A stretch of 64,000 bases of DNA from the NCBI GenBank assembly GCA_964035545.1, contig OZ037770.1, positions 6,458,729-6,522,728 of the forward strand. The letters run 5' to 3'. The stretch comes from Bugula neritina (lineage: Eukaryota > Animalia > Bryozoa). Below are positions 30,388 to 41,341 of the stretch, piece after piece (the first letter of the stretch is position 1; every line of letters starts with the position of its first letter). The notes beneath the pieces are model-generated. The model made no database searches. It had not been told where the DNA came from and saw only the letters and a list, made by a program, of their open reading frames with translations. The position numbers and the translations under genes were made by a program.

Positions 30388-31143
30388 CACAGGATAGTTA
30401 AGGGCATCCTCACTAAGAATATCATAAATTTCTCTCAAAATGTAGTTCAGGTTCTTGAATAATATTGCTCTGCGGGTGGCATGCGTGTTGCCTACTTGTA
30501 ATTGTTTAGCCTAAGATTAAACTACAACCAATAAGCAGCAACCTTCATTAGGGCTGCGTAATCTATCAATATTCCATTATGGGTGCTACATAAACAAAGT
30601 ACAAAGCGAGCTATTCATTATAGCCTGCCAGCTAGCTAGCCTGTAATTATTATATAGGCGCCAATATCTTCTCATCCCTACGTGCTCAGTGAAGCGTGAA
30701 GTGCTGCGCGCTGCTAGTTTCTTATGAGAAAATATGGCATTTTCAGTGTATAAATCACCAATTTATGAGCAATCTAGCAGAGTTATTGAAAAAAGAAAAA
30801 AACTTACACTGGAGAAATATCTCAGGATTCCAGCAGTGCAATTTTTGTTCAGATATCATGCTTTGCTGCTGAGATATTTTACTGGTACTGAAAAGTCAGC
30901 TTTTCAGGCAAAATTGGCCAAAATTCGGCAGTTTTTTGTCTATAACTTCGCAAAAAAAATGAAAATTGAAATTTCCAAAAAACTTACCCTGGAGAAAAAG
31001 AAGATCTATAACATAGTTTTTAAATTTTGACTCTAGCACAATTAGGTGAGATTTTATTTTACTGGTACTGAATTCTTATATGATTACAATGCAAACCTCA
31101 GCAAGGCAGTTGCAGCTAAAAGGTTGCCCTTAACTATCCTGTG
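30388..31143 (+). mobile_element. CMC/EnSpm-like non-autonomous DNA transposon, copy 1
   Basis: TIR cacaggatagttaagggca / tgcccttaactatcctgtg; 2-bp TSD CA; interrupts Gypsy pol. Confidence 0.9.
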
Positions 31144-32551
31144 CAGACTCTAGGAGACATTACCGGGTGAGGTAGCAGGCATCTTCCGGGTCAAAAAGGA
31201 GGACCAATGATTGAGCGAGGAACAGGCTCACGCTCAAACTAGTCAAGTCATCAGGTGTTTGCAGTTGAGCTGGTACTGGCCTGAAATGACAGGTCTGCAT
31301 AGCTAGCAAGCATGGCCTCTCCACAAAAATCACTGGTCGACGCCGGCTGCACGCTGGTCGACTGTCGCAAGTAGTGGCGGTGGACCTCATCGAACCTATG
31401 CTGTTATTCGCCAGAGGAAACAGTTTATTACTGGTGCTCACGGACCGCTCCATATGGGGGCCATTGCCCTGAATCAGTATGTTATCTGCTGTTTCGAACT
31501 ACCGGAGCAGATGAATGAAGACCAAAGTGCCTAGTTCCAGTCCCAGCTCACAGGAGACTTCTGACAAATTTGGGGGTAAATCAGAGTTGGACCACCCCAT
31601 ATCAGCCACAAAGAAACAGAGTTGTAAAAAGGAAAAACGGAATGCTAGGTGACGCCCTCAAGAGCCTACTCTTAGGCGGGGGTCAGGGGAAATTAGAAGT
31701 ATGGCTGCGTCAGATCATGCCGGCCTACCGCAGCACACTACACTATAGCACGCAAAAAACCTCAAACTTTCTGATCCTCCGCCGAGAGTAACGCGTTCTG
31801 TATCGCCTGACATACCATGTCCCAGCTCCCGAGTCCTTAGTACATTAGTGCTTGGGGAAACTGATGGAAATTATCGGCAAGGCCCATGATGCATTGTAAG
31901 ATAAGCAATGGCAGAACAAAACAAAGGACTCCGAGGAGTTCATCCTATACCAGGTAGAGGACAGGGTCTGAATAGTGAGCTATCATACATGACACGGACA
32001 GTCGGCTAACCTTTAACCCAAGTTTATGAGCCTCTACTGTGTGGTGGAAATTCTGTCCAACCACAGGTAAAGTGTGGAACGCTCTGAGCAAATTTCAGTT
32101 CAGAGTGAGCAGTGCATGAAACCATACCAGGCCAGTCCGGACGCAGTAGTACAGGCTTCACCCCTTCTGGAGCCCAATCACCAACTTAGCACTCTACCCA
32201 TAGAAGTTGAGATATTTGTACGTAGGAGGCCGAAACCCGACCTTGTGTTGGGACCAACCCCTCAACGTTATCATCTAGAGCAGCAGGCTCCAAAGCCAAC
32301 ACCTCTTCCAGTAAAAGATGCCCCAACTTATGGTACGGTGCAGGTGGCGACCCTTACCCCCAACGCTTGAAGAGCCATCAGCAACACGCGAGCGAGTTTC
32401 TGGGAATAAGTCAGAGCACCAGAAGACCACCCAAATGTCTGACTGCCAATCATCTGGGGAGCATGAAGTGAGGATTAGTACGCCCAGTACAAGCAACTAC
32501 CCTGGTAATTTGGTTGGCAGTCTTCTCCAGTGTTCTGGAGAATTCCACCAA

Positions 32552-33295
32552 CAGAGGATAGTTAAGGGCATCCTCACTAAGAATATCATAAATTTCTCTC
32601 AAAATGTAGTTAAGGTTATTGAATAATATTGCCCTGCGGGTGGCATGCGTGTTGCCTACTTGCAATTGTTTAGCCTAAGATCAAACTACAATCAATAAGC
32701 AGCAACCTTCACTAGGGCTGCGTTATCTATTAACATTGAATTATGGGTGCTACATGAACAAAAGTTCTAAGCAAGCTATTGATTATAACCTGCCAGCTAG
32801 CAAGCCTGTACTTATTATATCTTCTCATCCCTATGTGCTCATTGAAGCGTGAAATGCTGCGTGGAGCACTGCATGCTGCTAATTACCTATGAAAAAATAT
32901 AGCATTTTCAGTGTATAAATCACCAATTTAAGAGCAATCTAGAACAGTTATTTGAAAAAAATGTTGCACTGGAGAAATATCTCAGAATTCCAGCAGTGTA
33001 AATTTTTTTATTCAGATATCATGTTTTCCTGCTGAGATATTTTACTGGTACTGAAAAGTCAGCTTTTCAGGCAAAATTGGGCAGTTTTTTGTCTATAACT
33101 TTGTAAAAAATATGAAAATTGAAATTTTCAAAAAAAATGTACTGAGAACAAAGAAGATCTACAACATAGTTTTTAAATTTTGACTCTAGCACAATTAGGT
33201 GAGATTTTATTTTACTGGTACTGAATTCTTATATGATTACAATGCAAACCTCAGCAAGGCAGTTGCAGCTAAAAATTGTTCGCAACTATCCGGTA
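32552..33295 (+). mobile_element. CMC/EnSpm-like non-autonomous DNA transposon, copy 2 (mutated TIRs)
   Basis: Colinear with copy 1 over ~745 bp; flanked by AA/AA. Confidence 0.88.
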
Positions 33296-33833
33296 AAAGT
33301 GTAGAAAATCTGAATCAAACTTTGGAAGGCACGCAATCATCCAAATTGTCACTTAAAATTTTGGTGGAAACGTGACCGAAGAGTCCGCACTCAAAAATTT
33401 TGTAACATGAGGCCCATTCATTATACCCAGTAAATCCACTATAATCGAGCAGGCTTCTGATTTTACTGTTGTTACTGATAGTTCTGATTACTACAAAATA
33501 GGAGCTGACACTATCAGAAAGTAACCAAAATAGTCAGTCCGGTACTTGGTTAGGGTTACATAAATTCTTGAGAATGGGAGGCTAACCCACCTTCTAACAA
33601 TTGGGTTATATTATATTTATTTGGGACTGTTGGAACTTCAAGTTTTCATTGCTGATTTCAAAGAAGATTCTTTTTATGTATACCTATTAGATCAGGACTT
33701 GAGGTCAGTCACTCTGTGTGATTTTTTTGCGACCTCAAGTTTCTAACAGAGCATTCTACAAACTAATGCCGAATTTTGGCAGCTATAAGACCGATTAGTC
33801 ACTGCCTCTACTGACTGTTGTAGGCACTGCTAT

Positions 33834-34594
33834 GGATGGTGGAAAGGTGGAAACAATTCGTACCGACTCCCCCAGTACCTAGGCCCCTGGTCTGACTCCT
33901 AACAGCCAAAAGGGTGCCTCTCAACTAATTGAGGTGTTTTCCACTACCGCAAGTGTACCTGCTTCAAAACTTGTCTAGCTCCAGCTAGCCGCAGGAAAGA
34001 GCAGATGATTCTGCTTTTGAGTTTTTAGAAGAAGTGTCGGAAATGCTTGCCCTGCCTTGAGCTCTGGTTGCCCGCCAGCACTGGGTATCCTGGGACACAA
34101 ATCTTTGGATTAGCGAAGCCTGTGGCAGGTCGTGCAACCGCATGTGCCACCAGTTCCAGAGGAAGTTCACCTTTGTACGGCAGCTGCATGTTCACGCACC
34201 TCAACACCTACAGGCAAAAATTTATAAAAAAATTGAATATGTGCTGCGCCACCAGCACATAAGGCATTGCTACACCAGCAGTACTTTTGTGGTCGACGAG
34301 GCCATATTCCCGGATTTTCGGGATCTCATCTCGCCACACGTTGCTGACACTCATAAACGAGCCTTTCTCGCCATAGGTTTCCCAGCTTGTCGGCCCTTGA
34401 GAGAGGAAGATCCGGAGTCCGTTGCTGCTTCCCAACCGCTGTCCACCCAGCTTTTTCAGGTCGGTGAGAGTTGCAGTTACAATGCTCAGAACTTGAATCA
34501 CTGGAGGGGGCGGCAGGAAAAACAAGACGGAGCGCCGTGTTCACAACCACCACCCAGATCTCTCAATAACCTAAGGAGGACCTGTTGTTTTTGA
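33834..34594 (+). pseudogene. Degenerate extra ORF inside the old Gypsy, with a C2H2 zinc-finger-like motif
   Basis: CHQ(F)QRKFTFVRQLHVHAPQH fits Cx2Cx12Hx3H with one C>F change; a second HQHIRH half-finger follows; GC-richer than host. Confidence 0.5.
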
Positions 34595-35546
34595 AAAAAA
34601 AGGTGGGATGCCAGCGTAGGCAGATGCGCAAATATGACAAGGGATTGTCGGCCCTACGAAAGCTGTTTAGCCAACTGGAGCTTTCTGATAGTAACCGACG
34701 CCACTAACAACAATTCTTATATATGCATAGTGATGGGTGTGTGGTGGGTATGCATATATTTTCCTGTTGTTTTGTGTCTGTAATTATGTTTTGTGTGTAT
34801 AAATTATACTTATAGTTTTTTTAGTTATTCCTATAGTTTTTTTGCAGTATTTAACAAATCGAAAAGTAAGTTTTCTGATAGGATGTGTGCATGGTAGAAA
34901 TGCGTACATTGTAAAGTTATCTTTCTTTACATTTTTATCGCGTGTAATTACCTTTTTCCGATCTAATTCTTGTAGACTTATGTAACATGATCGTGTAATT
35001 GTATCCTGTCTAAAATTCAGGCTTCTGATGATCAAACCCAATCCCGATTATCAGGCTCTAGATTTTTGGACAGGATAATAACAAAGGATTCTTTGTTTAC
35101 TTGTCTTTTAGTCTGGTGGTATAATAGCAGGCAAGCTCTCAGTGTATAATTAGTCTGCTACTTGAGCTCGCCTAATACAGACTGCCTACTGAAGAATACT
35201 GCATTAAAGATTGATACTCTTGGCAACTACAGCATGTCCGGTTATTCTTATATCAGAGTTATGCTCCACACTTAACTACATTCGACCCACAAATTACTAC
35301 AGTATATTATTATACTGCAACAACATCTTTGCTAAGATCATTTCAACTGTTATTCCATGAATTGGTCTCGGCTAGATATAAGTAAGATACGTTTGAGAAT
35401 TATGCTCAGTGCAATCTTTCTTATATAACATTGCCCGTTTGAACTTTAATAGTCACATTTTGTCATTTAAGAAGTAATTTAACATATTTGGCTTGTATAA
35501 GTTGTTTGACAGTTTTAGAAATCATTGCTAGTTTGAAAATTTTTTT

Positions 35547-35563
35547 TCAAAAGTTGCTGCAGC
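35547..35563 (-). CDS. Probable terminal coding exon 9 (GCSNF*)
   Basis: Strong acceptor atttgcttttcag| ending a 107-nt intron after exon 8; in-frame TGA; total CDS 1191 nt is divisible by 3. Confidence 0.5.
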
Positions 35564-35670
35564 CTGAAAAGCAAATATGATTATAAAATATACGCATTAT
35601 TGCTTTGTATTAAAGAGCACAAGTCAACATAGCTAAGTGCTCAAAATGCATCATCAATCTTTTAACTTAC

Positions 35671-35904
35671 CAGGAGGGTACACTTTAACTTGGACCAGTC
35701 TCAAAATAGTTCCTGAACTTTCATTTGTTTTTTGGCAGATTTTTATGTGTCTGGCTTTAAATGGGGGACTAAACGTTTCTCGTCCAACTGTTGGGTAGGA
35801 CTGATTTCGCTCAGCTCTGAGTACTCTATCAGCGGGTGAGTTTGTATCACATTCAGGTGGTGCACTAATTGATGAAAATATTTTTATTCCAGTGAGAAAC
35901 TCAC
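35671..35904 (-). CDS. Exon 8: C-terminal half of F-type lectin domain (EFLTGIKIFSS...KARHIKI...ILRLVQVKVYPP)
   Basis: ttttttcag| acceptor, G|GTAAGT donor, phase 1-1; RxxxI and LxLxxVxVY terminal strands. Confidence 0.85.
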
Positions 35905-36272
35905 CTGAAAAAAATTTCATAAATTACCAAAATGTTGAATAGATGAATCACAAGATCTCTGTAATTTATAACTTAGTAATAGAACTCTGTTTTATTACTA
36001 TACAGAAAATGGCTGCAAGAACTCATCTAAAAAAATTCACAAATAACCAAAATTTTAAATAGGTAAAACACAGTTTTAGTAAAAAAACAAATACTAGAAC
36101 TCTGTTTCACTGGTATAGAGAGAAAAACTGCAGATCAGAACATGTATCAGTAATTTCACTAACAGGTTATCCTGCACTAAAAGTCTGCCAATTTTAGGCA
36201 AAATCAACATGTGTTCATGCCGTTTTAATTGCAAGAAAATGGGGAAATTTAACTTTAAATGTCTAATCTTAC

Positions 36273-36503
36273 TGCAAAAATCTGTCTCACAATATCCTGG
36301 GTAATTATAAATTTCTATCAGAGAAATATCCACTGCTCTCTCTAAGTCTACTCGCCACCAGTTTGTCTTGTTCCGTAATGTTTGTGCTGCATTATATCCG
36401 TACAGGTTATTCACAGCGTTGTTTGCTGCTGCTAATGATCCATCCTCTTTGACAAAGGTACTACTTTGAAATGCTTGTTTGTTGTAAGCCATGTTGGTGT
36501 CAC
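36273..36503 (-). CDS. Exon 7: N-terminal half of F-type lectin (fucolectin/F5-8 type C-like) domain
   Basis: NMAYNKQAFQSST...AANNAV...WWRVDLE...IEIYN matches the FTLD pattern N.A.xK.A.QSS...A..AV...WW.VDL...I.N; donor A|GTAAGA. Confidence 0.85.
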
Positions 36504-37269
36504 CTTAATCAAAAAAGTAAGCTAGCAGCTTCAATTTCTTTTTTAGAGATATATACCTATAAGCTATGATTTATTTACTGCTTTGACCCACATTTGATAA
36601 AACACGTCAATCATACATCAACAACATCATCTCAATATATGTGACTGTTTTATAGAACATTATAATGTTATTTAAAACATTATTATACTATGTAGAACAT
36701 TAGTTTATTATTCAGGACAATACTCTAATATGTGTAACATCAGTTTACAATCATGAATTTATGCAGCTGATGAATTACACTATTCGTAGGTATGATAAAT
36801 AATTGTAAAAATTGCTGAACAAAAGTGTAGTCTTTGTGTGTGAGAAATAAAATGATAATGAATGAATAATCCCAGAAGGATATTATTAGCTTAGAGCAAA
36901 AGCCTCTAAGAAGTGATGAATTATACCAGAAAAACAAATATAGTTACTGTTAACTATTCTAGGTAGTGCCAAAGTTCCTTGCATCACAGGTATATATTTC
37001 TATGCAGATCTTTCTTATTTGACCCTTAACTTAAACTATCCTATTATCATATCATTACGGGTAGAAAATCGGTATTTTTTAAATATATAGTCGAGTTCGA
37101 CTTTTCGACCAATGCGGCAGTAAAATTGGATAAAGTGTCAAATAGCACTCTAGGTTAATTGAAAAGCTAAAAGTACAGTCATCGTCTAAATTACTGTATG
37201 CCAAAATTCATCACACCATGTGGAACAGTTAAAATAAATTGGCATAGTAACACAACAATGTGACGAGAA

Positions 37270-37760
37270 CTTGTCTCTTTCTATAGAGTTCTTAGATTTG
37301 CCAATGTAAACCTAGCTGTTCGTTAAAGAATTTCCTTGTCTGTGATTTTTTATTGCCATATGTAACATCTTGGATTGTTTTCAGTTGCCTCATCTTGTAT
37401 GGATGTAGTCTCTTAACCTGAGTGCTGTACACCGTCCAGGTTTTAACTCTATAGAGTAAAGCTGCTAAGAGAACAGCTCTGTACATTTGCACTTGGCTCC
37501 ACTGGATACATGTATGTTTGCTCATATATGTCATTGGAGCCTACCAAAAGCGGCACCGGCAGTTAAAATCCAGTGCTTACTTTTTTCTGTAACTTAGCAT
37601 TGTTGAAGATTCCCTTGTCAAGATATTTAAAATTAGTGAACAGCACTGAAGATTTATTGTTGATCATTTTATCTTCGGACTCAGGCTGTCAGCAGGTCGC
37701 TATAATGAGGGTCACTTTACTCTATTCAGTACACATCGACAATTATCATCACAAACCAAA
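37270..37760 (-). mobile_element. RTE-like LINE reverse transcriptase C-terminal fragment in an intron
   Basis: QMYRAVLLAALLYRVKTWTVYSTQVKRLHPYKMRQLKTIQDVTY matches the YRAxVLxxLLYGxETWT...RL...MRxLRxI pattern. Confidence 0.75.
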
Positions 37761-37880
37761 ATTTGCTCTTTTTTTCTTAAAAAATAGGTGAGTCTATATG
37801 TTGATTTTAACCATATATAAAGAAACAAAACAAAGAAAAAAAAATTGCAGTATAAACAAAGAATGTGGTTGCCATGAGAC

Positions 37881-37921
37881 CAAAATATATATGTCCAGGA
37901 GTGATGAAAAATTTGAAGCGC
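37881..37921 (-). CDS. Exon 6 candidate (RFKFFITPGHIYF)
   Basis: Strong pyrimidine-rich acceptor tgtcattttcag| in phase 2; donor G|GTCTCA is weak and uncertain. Confidence 0.45.
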
Positions 37922-38334
37922 CTGAAAATGACAATCAATGAGAAAATGAAAAAGAATTGAAAATAAAACAAATTTGAAACAATTTGTCATTATTCAACTG
38001 TTTTTGGTAATATTTTATGAGTTTAGGGCAGAAGAAAAAATTTTTTTTGACTACATTTCGAAAAAAACAGCCAAAAAACATAGGTGTCAAGTTTGTAGTA
38101 AATTATGCAAGATTGTTTATAAGTAATAATTTCGTGATGTTTATCTTCAAGTTAAATTGTGAAGTTTCTTTCACAAAGCAAGTTCCAAGTGTTTGCATAT
38201 CTCTCGAAGAGTAAGTAGCGAGTGCACACTATCCGAAAACAACATTTTTCTGAAAAATAGTGGTAAGGGTTTTCCAATTGTACTAATTGAGAAATTTTGA
38301 AAAGATTATGATAAAGTCCAGTCTAGATGTATAC

Positions 38335-38452
38335 CTTCTTGCCTCTATCTTTGAAAACAACCTCCAGCGGTAGAAAGAGAACAGTGTGGGCATCAAAATG
38401 AGATTTTGCATTACACTATTTTGTACTGGAAACCTGTCAGATGATACTTGGG
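38335..38452 (-). CDS. Exon 5 candidate (AQVSSDRFPVQNSVMQNLILMPTLFSFYRWRLFSKIEAR)
   Basis: Open frame, phase 1 to 2, AAG|GTATAC donor; acceptor (atataag|) is weak. Confidence 0.5.
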
Positions 38453-38764
38453 CTTATATATGTTACTAGAGCTTATATACCATTATGTAGTGATAGAAAA
38501 AAAAAAAGCTATCTTAGACTTGCACCCTAGTTTCTTCAAAAAAGGCAAAGCCTATCTTTCGGCAGTCAAAAGCCTTTGTAAAACATGCTAATAATGCATT
38601 TTCAAAGATTGCTTAACTGTAGCATTTCTCCAGTCTTCATGAATTTGAGATTGACTTAGATTTGATGGAGAAAGTTAACGCTTTGGCTAAAACAGGTGCT
38701 AGTTGATATATAGATATGCTGTTACAATAATGTAGTAAATATATACACTTTGGTAATAACTTAC

Positions 38765-38941
38765 CAAAAACTGTACCTTCAAAGACATACTCAAAATACA
38801 CTAGATCATCAGAACTGTCATATTTTCTACATTCCAGCTTCAACTTGGAATAGTCTGAGTATGGTGGTATGCTGTATGACAAAGTCACCTTCTTGTTTGA
38901 ATCTGCTTCTGATACAACCAAGTCATTTAGATCTTTTGAAA
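38765..38941 (-). CDS. Exon 4: first half of second FN3-like module (SKDLNDLVVSEADSNKKVTLSYSIPPYSDYSKLKLEC...)
   Basis: tgtttttag| acceptor, G|GTAAGT donor, 177 nt open, phase 1-1. Confidence 0.75.
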
Positions 38942-39092
38942 CTAAAAACAAATGCTGCTTTATGTAGTACATGGATGCACACACATCTGCACACATACAC
39001 AAAACTATCCACATGTGTTTATGTGAGTGTGTGCTTTTGTGTGTGTAAGCAATTGTGTTTCACATATCCCATAGACAAACCGTATTACATAA

Positions 39093-39350
<258 letters not shown>

Positions 39351-39373
39351 TATATGATATATTGAAAACTTAC

Positions 39374-39488
39374 TTAGAGTCACAAACCACCTGTTACTCC
39401 ATGAAACTATTTCCCTCTGCTCATTTTCCAATTGGATAACGAAAAGGTAATCTCTGCCAGCAATCAAATTATCAACTGTATATTCTAT
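39374..39488 (-). CDS. Exon 3: second half of FN3-like domain (IEYTVDNLIAGRDYLFVIQLENEQREIVSWSNRWFVTL)
   Basis: ttttgttttcag| acceptor and |GTAAGT donor; YTVxNLxxGxxY FN3 signature; phase 0 to 1. Confidence 0.8.
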
Positions 39489-39712
39489 CTGAAAACAAAA
39501 GAAAGATAAAATCTCAATTGAATCATCATTTTGCAAAGGAGACACTATTGTCTGTGTGCATTAAAGAAAAGATTAACTTTTTTGTGGTTAGCAATTGTTA
39601 GCTTCTTGTTTTAGTTTTTTGCTACATATTTTCAACTCCCTGGCTTGTCATATAAACATTGATTCTTGTTGTTATTAGTTCCATTTTGTCAAAGTGACCA
39701 ATATTTTGGGCA

Positions 39713-41244
39713 CACAGCATAGTTAAGGTCATCCCCAGTGAAATATCATCTCATAATCTAGTCTCAGTTCCTAGCTGCTATTGCTCTGTGGGCGGCATGC
39801 GTATTGCCTACTTGTCATAATTTAGCATGAGATATAACAATTGCCAACAGACCATCAAATTAGCTAGGGCTGCACCTGTTCATATTACAACCATCGCTAC
39901 AATCTATTGAGCAAGTATGTGGTCATGGCAAGCCTCAGCATCACCTCATTATTATTATTACAAGAAACCAGTGGTTCATTTCATGTGCAATGTACTTGAT
40001 GTACAAAGGAAGATAATTTTTGTAACTTCTTTTTCAACTAACCATGTAAAACTCTGTCAGATTCTGGAAGCAAGCTAAATGCTAAAGCTAACTCAATATT
40101 TATCCATTTGCCTAGTCTAATAAAGTTGTTAATAATTACAGGCTTGACTACAACTTAACAAATAATTTAGAGATGCTCTTCTCTCAAAGTATAATGTTTT
40201 TATGCTAGACTAATAATCTATCAATTCACTACCATTGACTAACTTAAAGCCAAAATTACCTTCATCATTAATATCCTCTTCTAGTCGCAAAAACACTTCT
40301 CATTGCTAAACTATTACAATCAGTTACAGACTCTGCACAATAGCTTAGAATAGTAAAGAGACTTGCAAATAGGTCAGATAGTCATGTGTGAGATTTTGTT
40401 GGTAGCTGTAAAGATCAGATATGCAGAATCTTGTGTGGCCACTTTGAGTTTAGATGGTTTGGGTAAAGGATTTGATTGCTGCAAGTTTCTAATATAGCTA
40501 GTAGGTACTTTTGTGGTCCCATTGTACATTAGTATAAGCATTAAATATAAAAGGTTAGACCGTGAGCCTGTGCTTTAAATATATTCTTTTTGCTCTCTGT
40601 TGTATACAGTCTAAACTTTAAAAGGTCCAATCAACCTTAAATTGCTTCAAGCTAAATGTCTAAAAATTGGCTATGAGCTGTATCTTGTTGCCTTGCGCTG
40701 AGAACTAAATTTGAGGCCAGCAAACAACTGGGCTCCTTTGTACTCCTGGCAGCTACTATCAATAGTTGGTTATCATAGCTGCGCAGTGTTCACTCAAGCA
40801 TGATATCATCGGCTTGCTGTATACCAACTCAGGGCCAAGATTATCAACTATTTTATGTTTCTAAATTTAGCATCTAATAGAAAAAGCTGCGTCTAGTTAG
40901 ACTGCACTGACGCTATGCTTGGCTGAGTGAGAAATCCAAGATGAACAGTTTTAATCTTAGCTATAGGCAAGAATTGAGAATTTGAAGAGAAAACCTCCTT
41001 AAGATAAAAGAAGATGTCAAGTGAATTCAGTTTTGTTTCCGGCCTGATAGGTGTCAGTTAATCAGCTCAGATATAACTAGCAATGCATTTTCCATTATTC
41101 TGATGCTGCAGTTATAATATTCCATAACAAGAATTGACTTAATAATTTAGGCATATGCAACAAATTAACCAGTTTTATTCAAGTTAACACCAGATAGCCA
41201 TTGCTAAAGATCAAAACGAAAATCAGTATGGATTTTCAAACATA

Positions 41245-41341
<97 letters not shown>

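Larger units (their letters stand above)
27821..35280 (+). mobile_element. Old Gypsy LTR retrotransposon related to the 54143-60611 element, with nested insertions
   Basis: LTR-like direct repeats 27821-28201 and ~34885-35280, both ending ccacacttaactaca; gag knuckle, FLLDTG, WRFCVDFRRLN, YLDEVI, TTPYQPQ colinear with the young copy; no clear TSD. Confidence 0.8.

Noticed and set aside
30734-31030. 98-aa ORF repeated at 53539-53775
   Set aside because: Lies within non-autonomous MITE copies, has no transposase motif, and the frame is not preserved in all copies.
27806-33308. 15-bp direct repeat gtaaaagtgtagaaa at ~27806 and ~33293 as a TSD
   Set aside because: The second copy overlaps the mutated MITE terminus and the Gypsy continues beyond it; likely coincidence.
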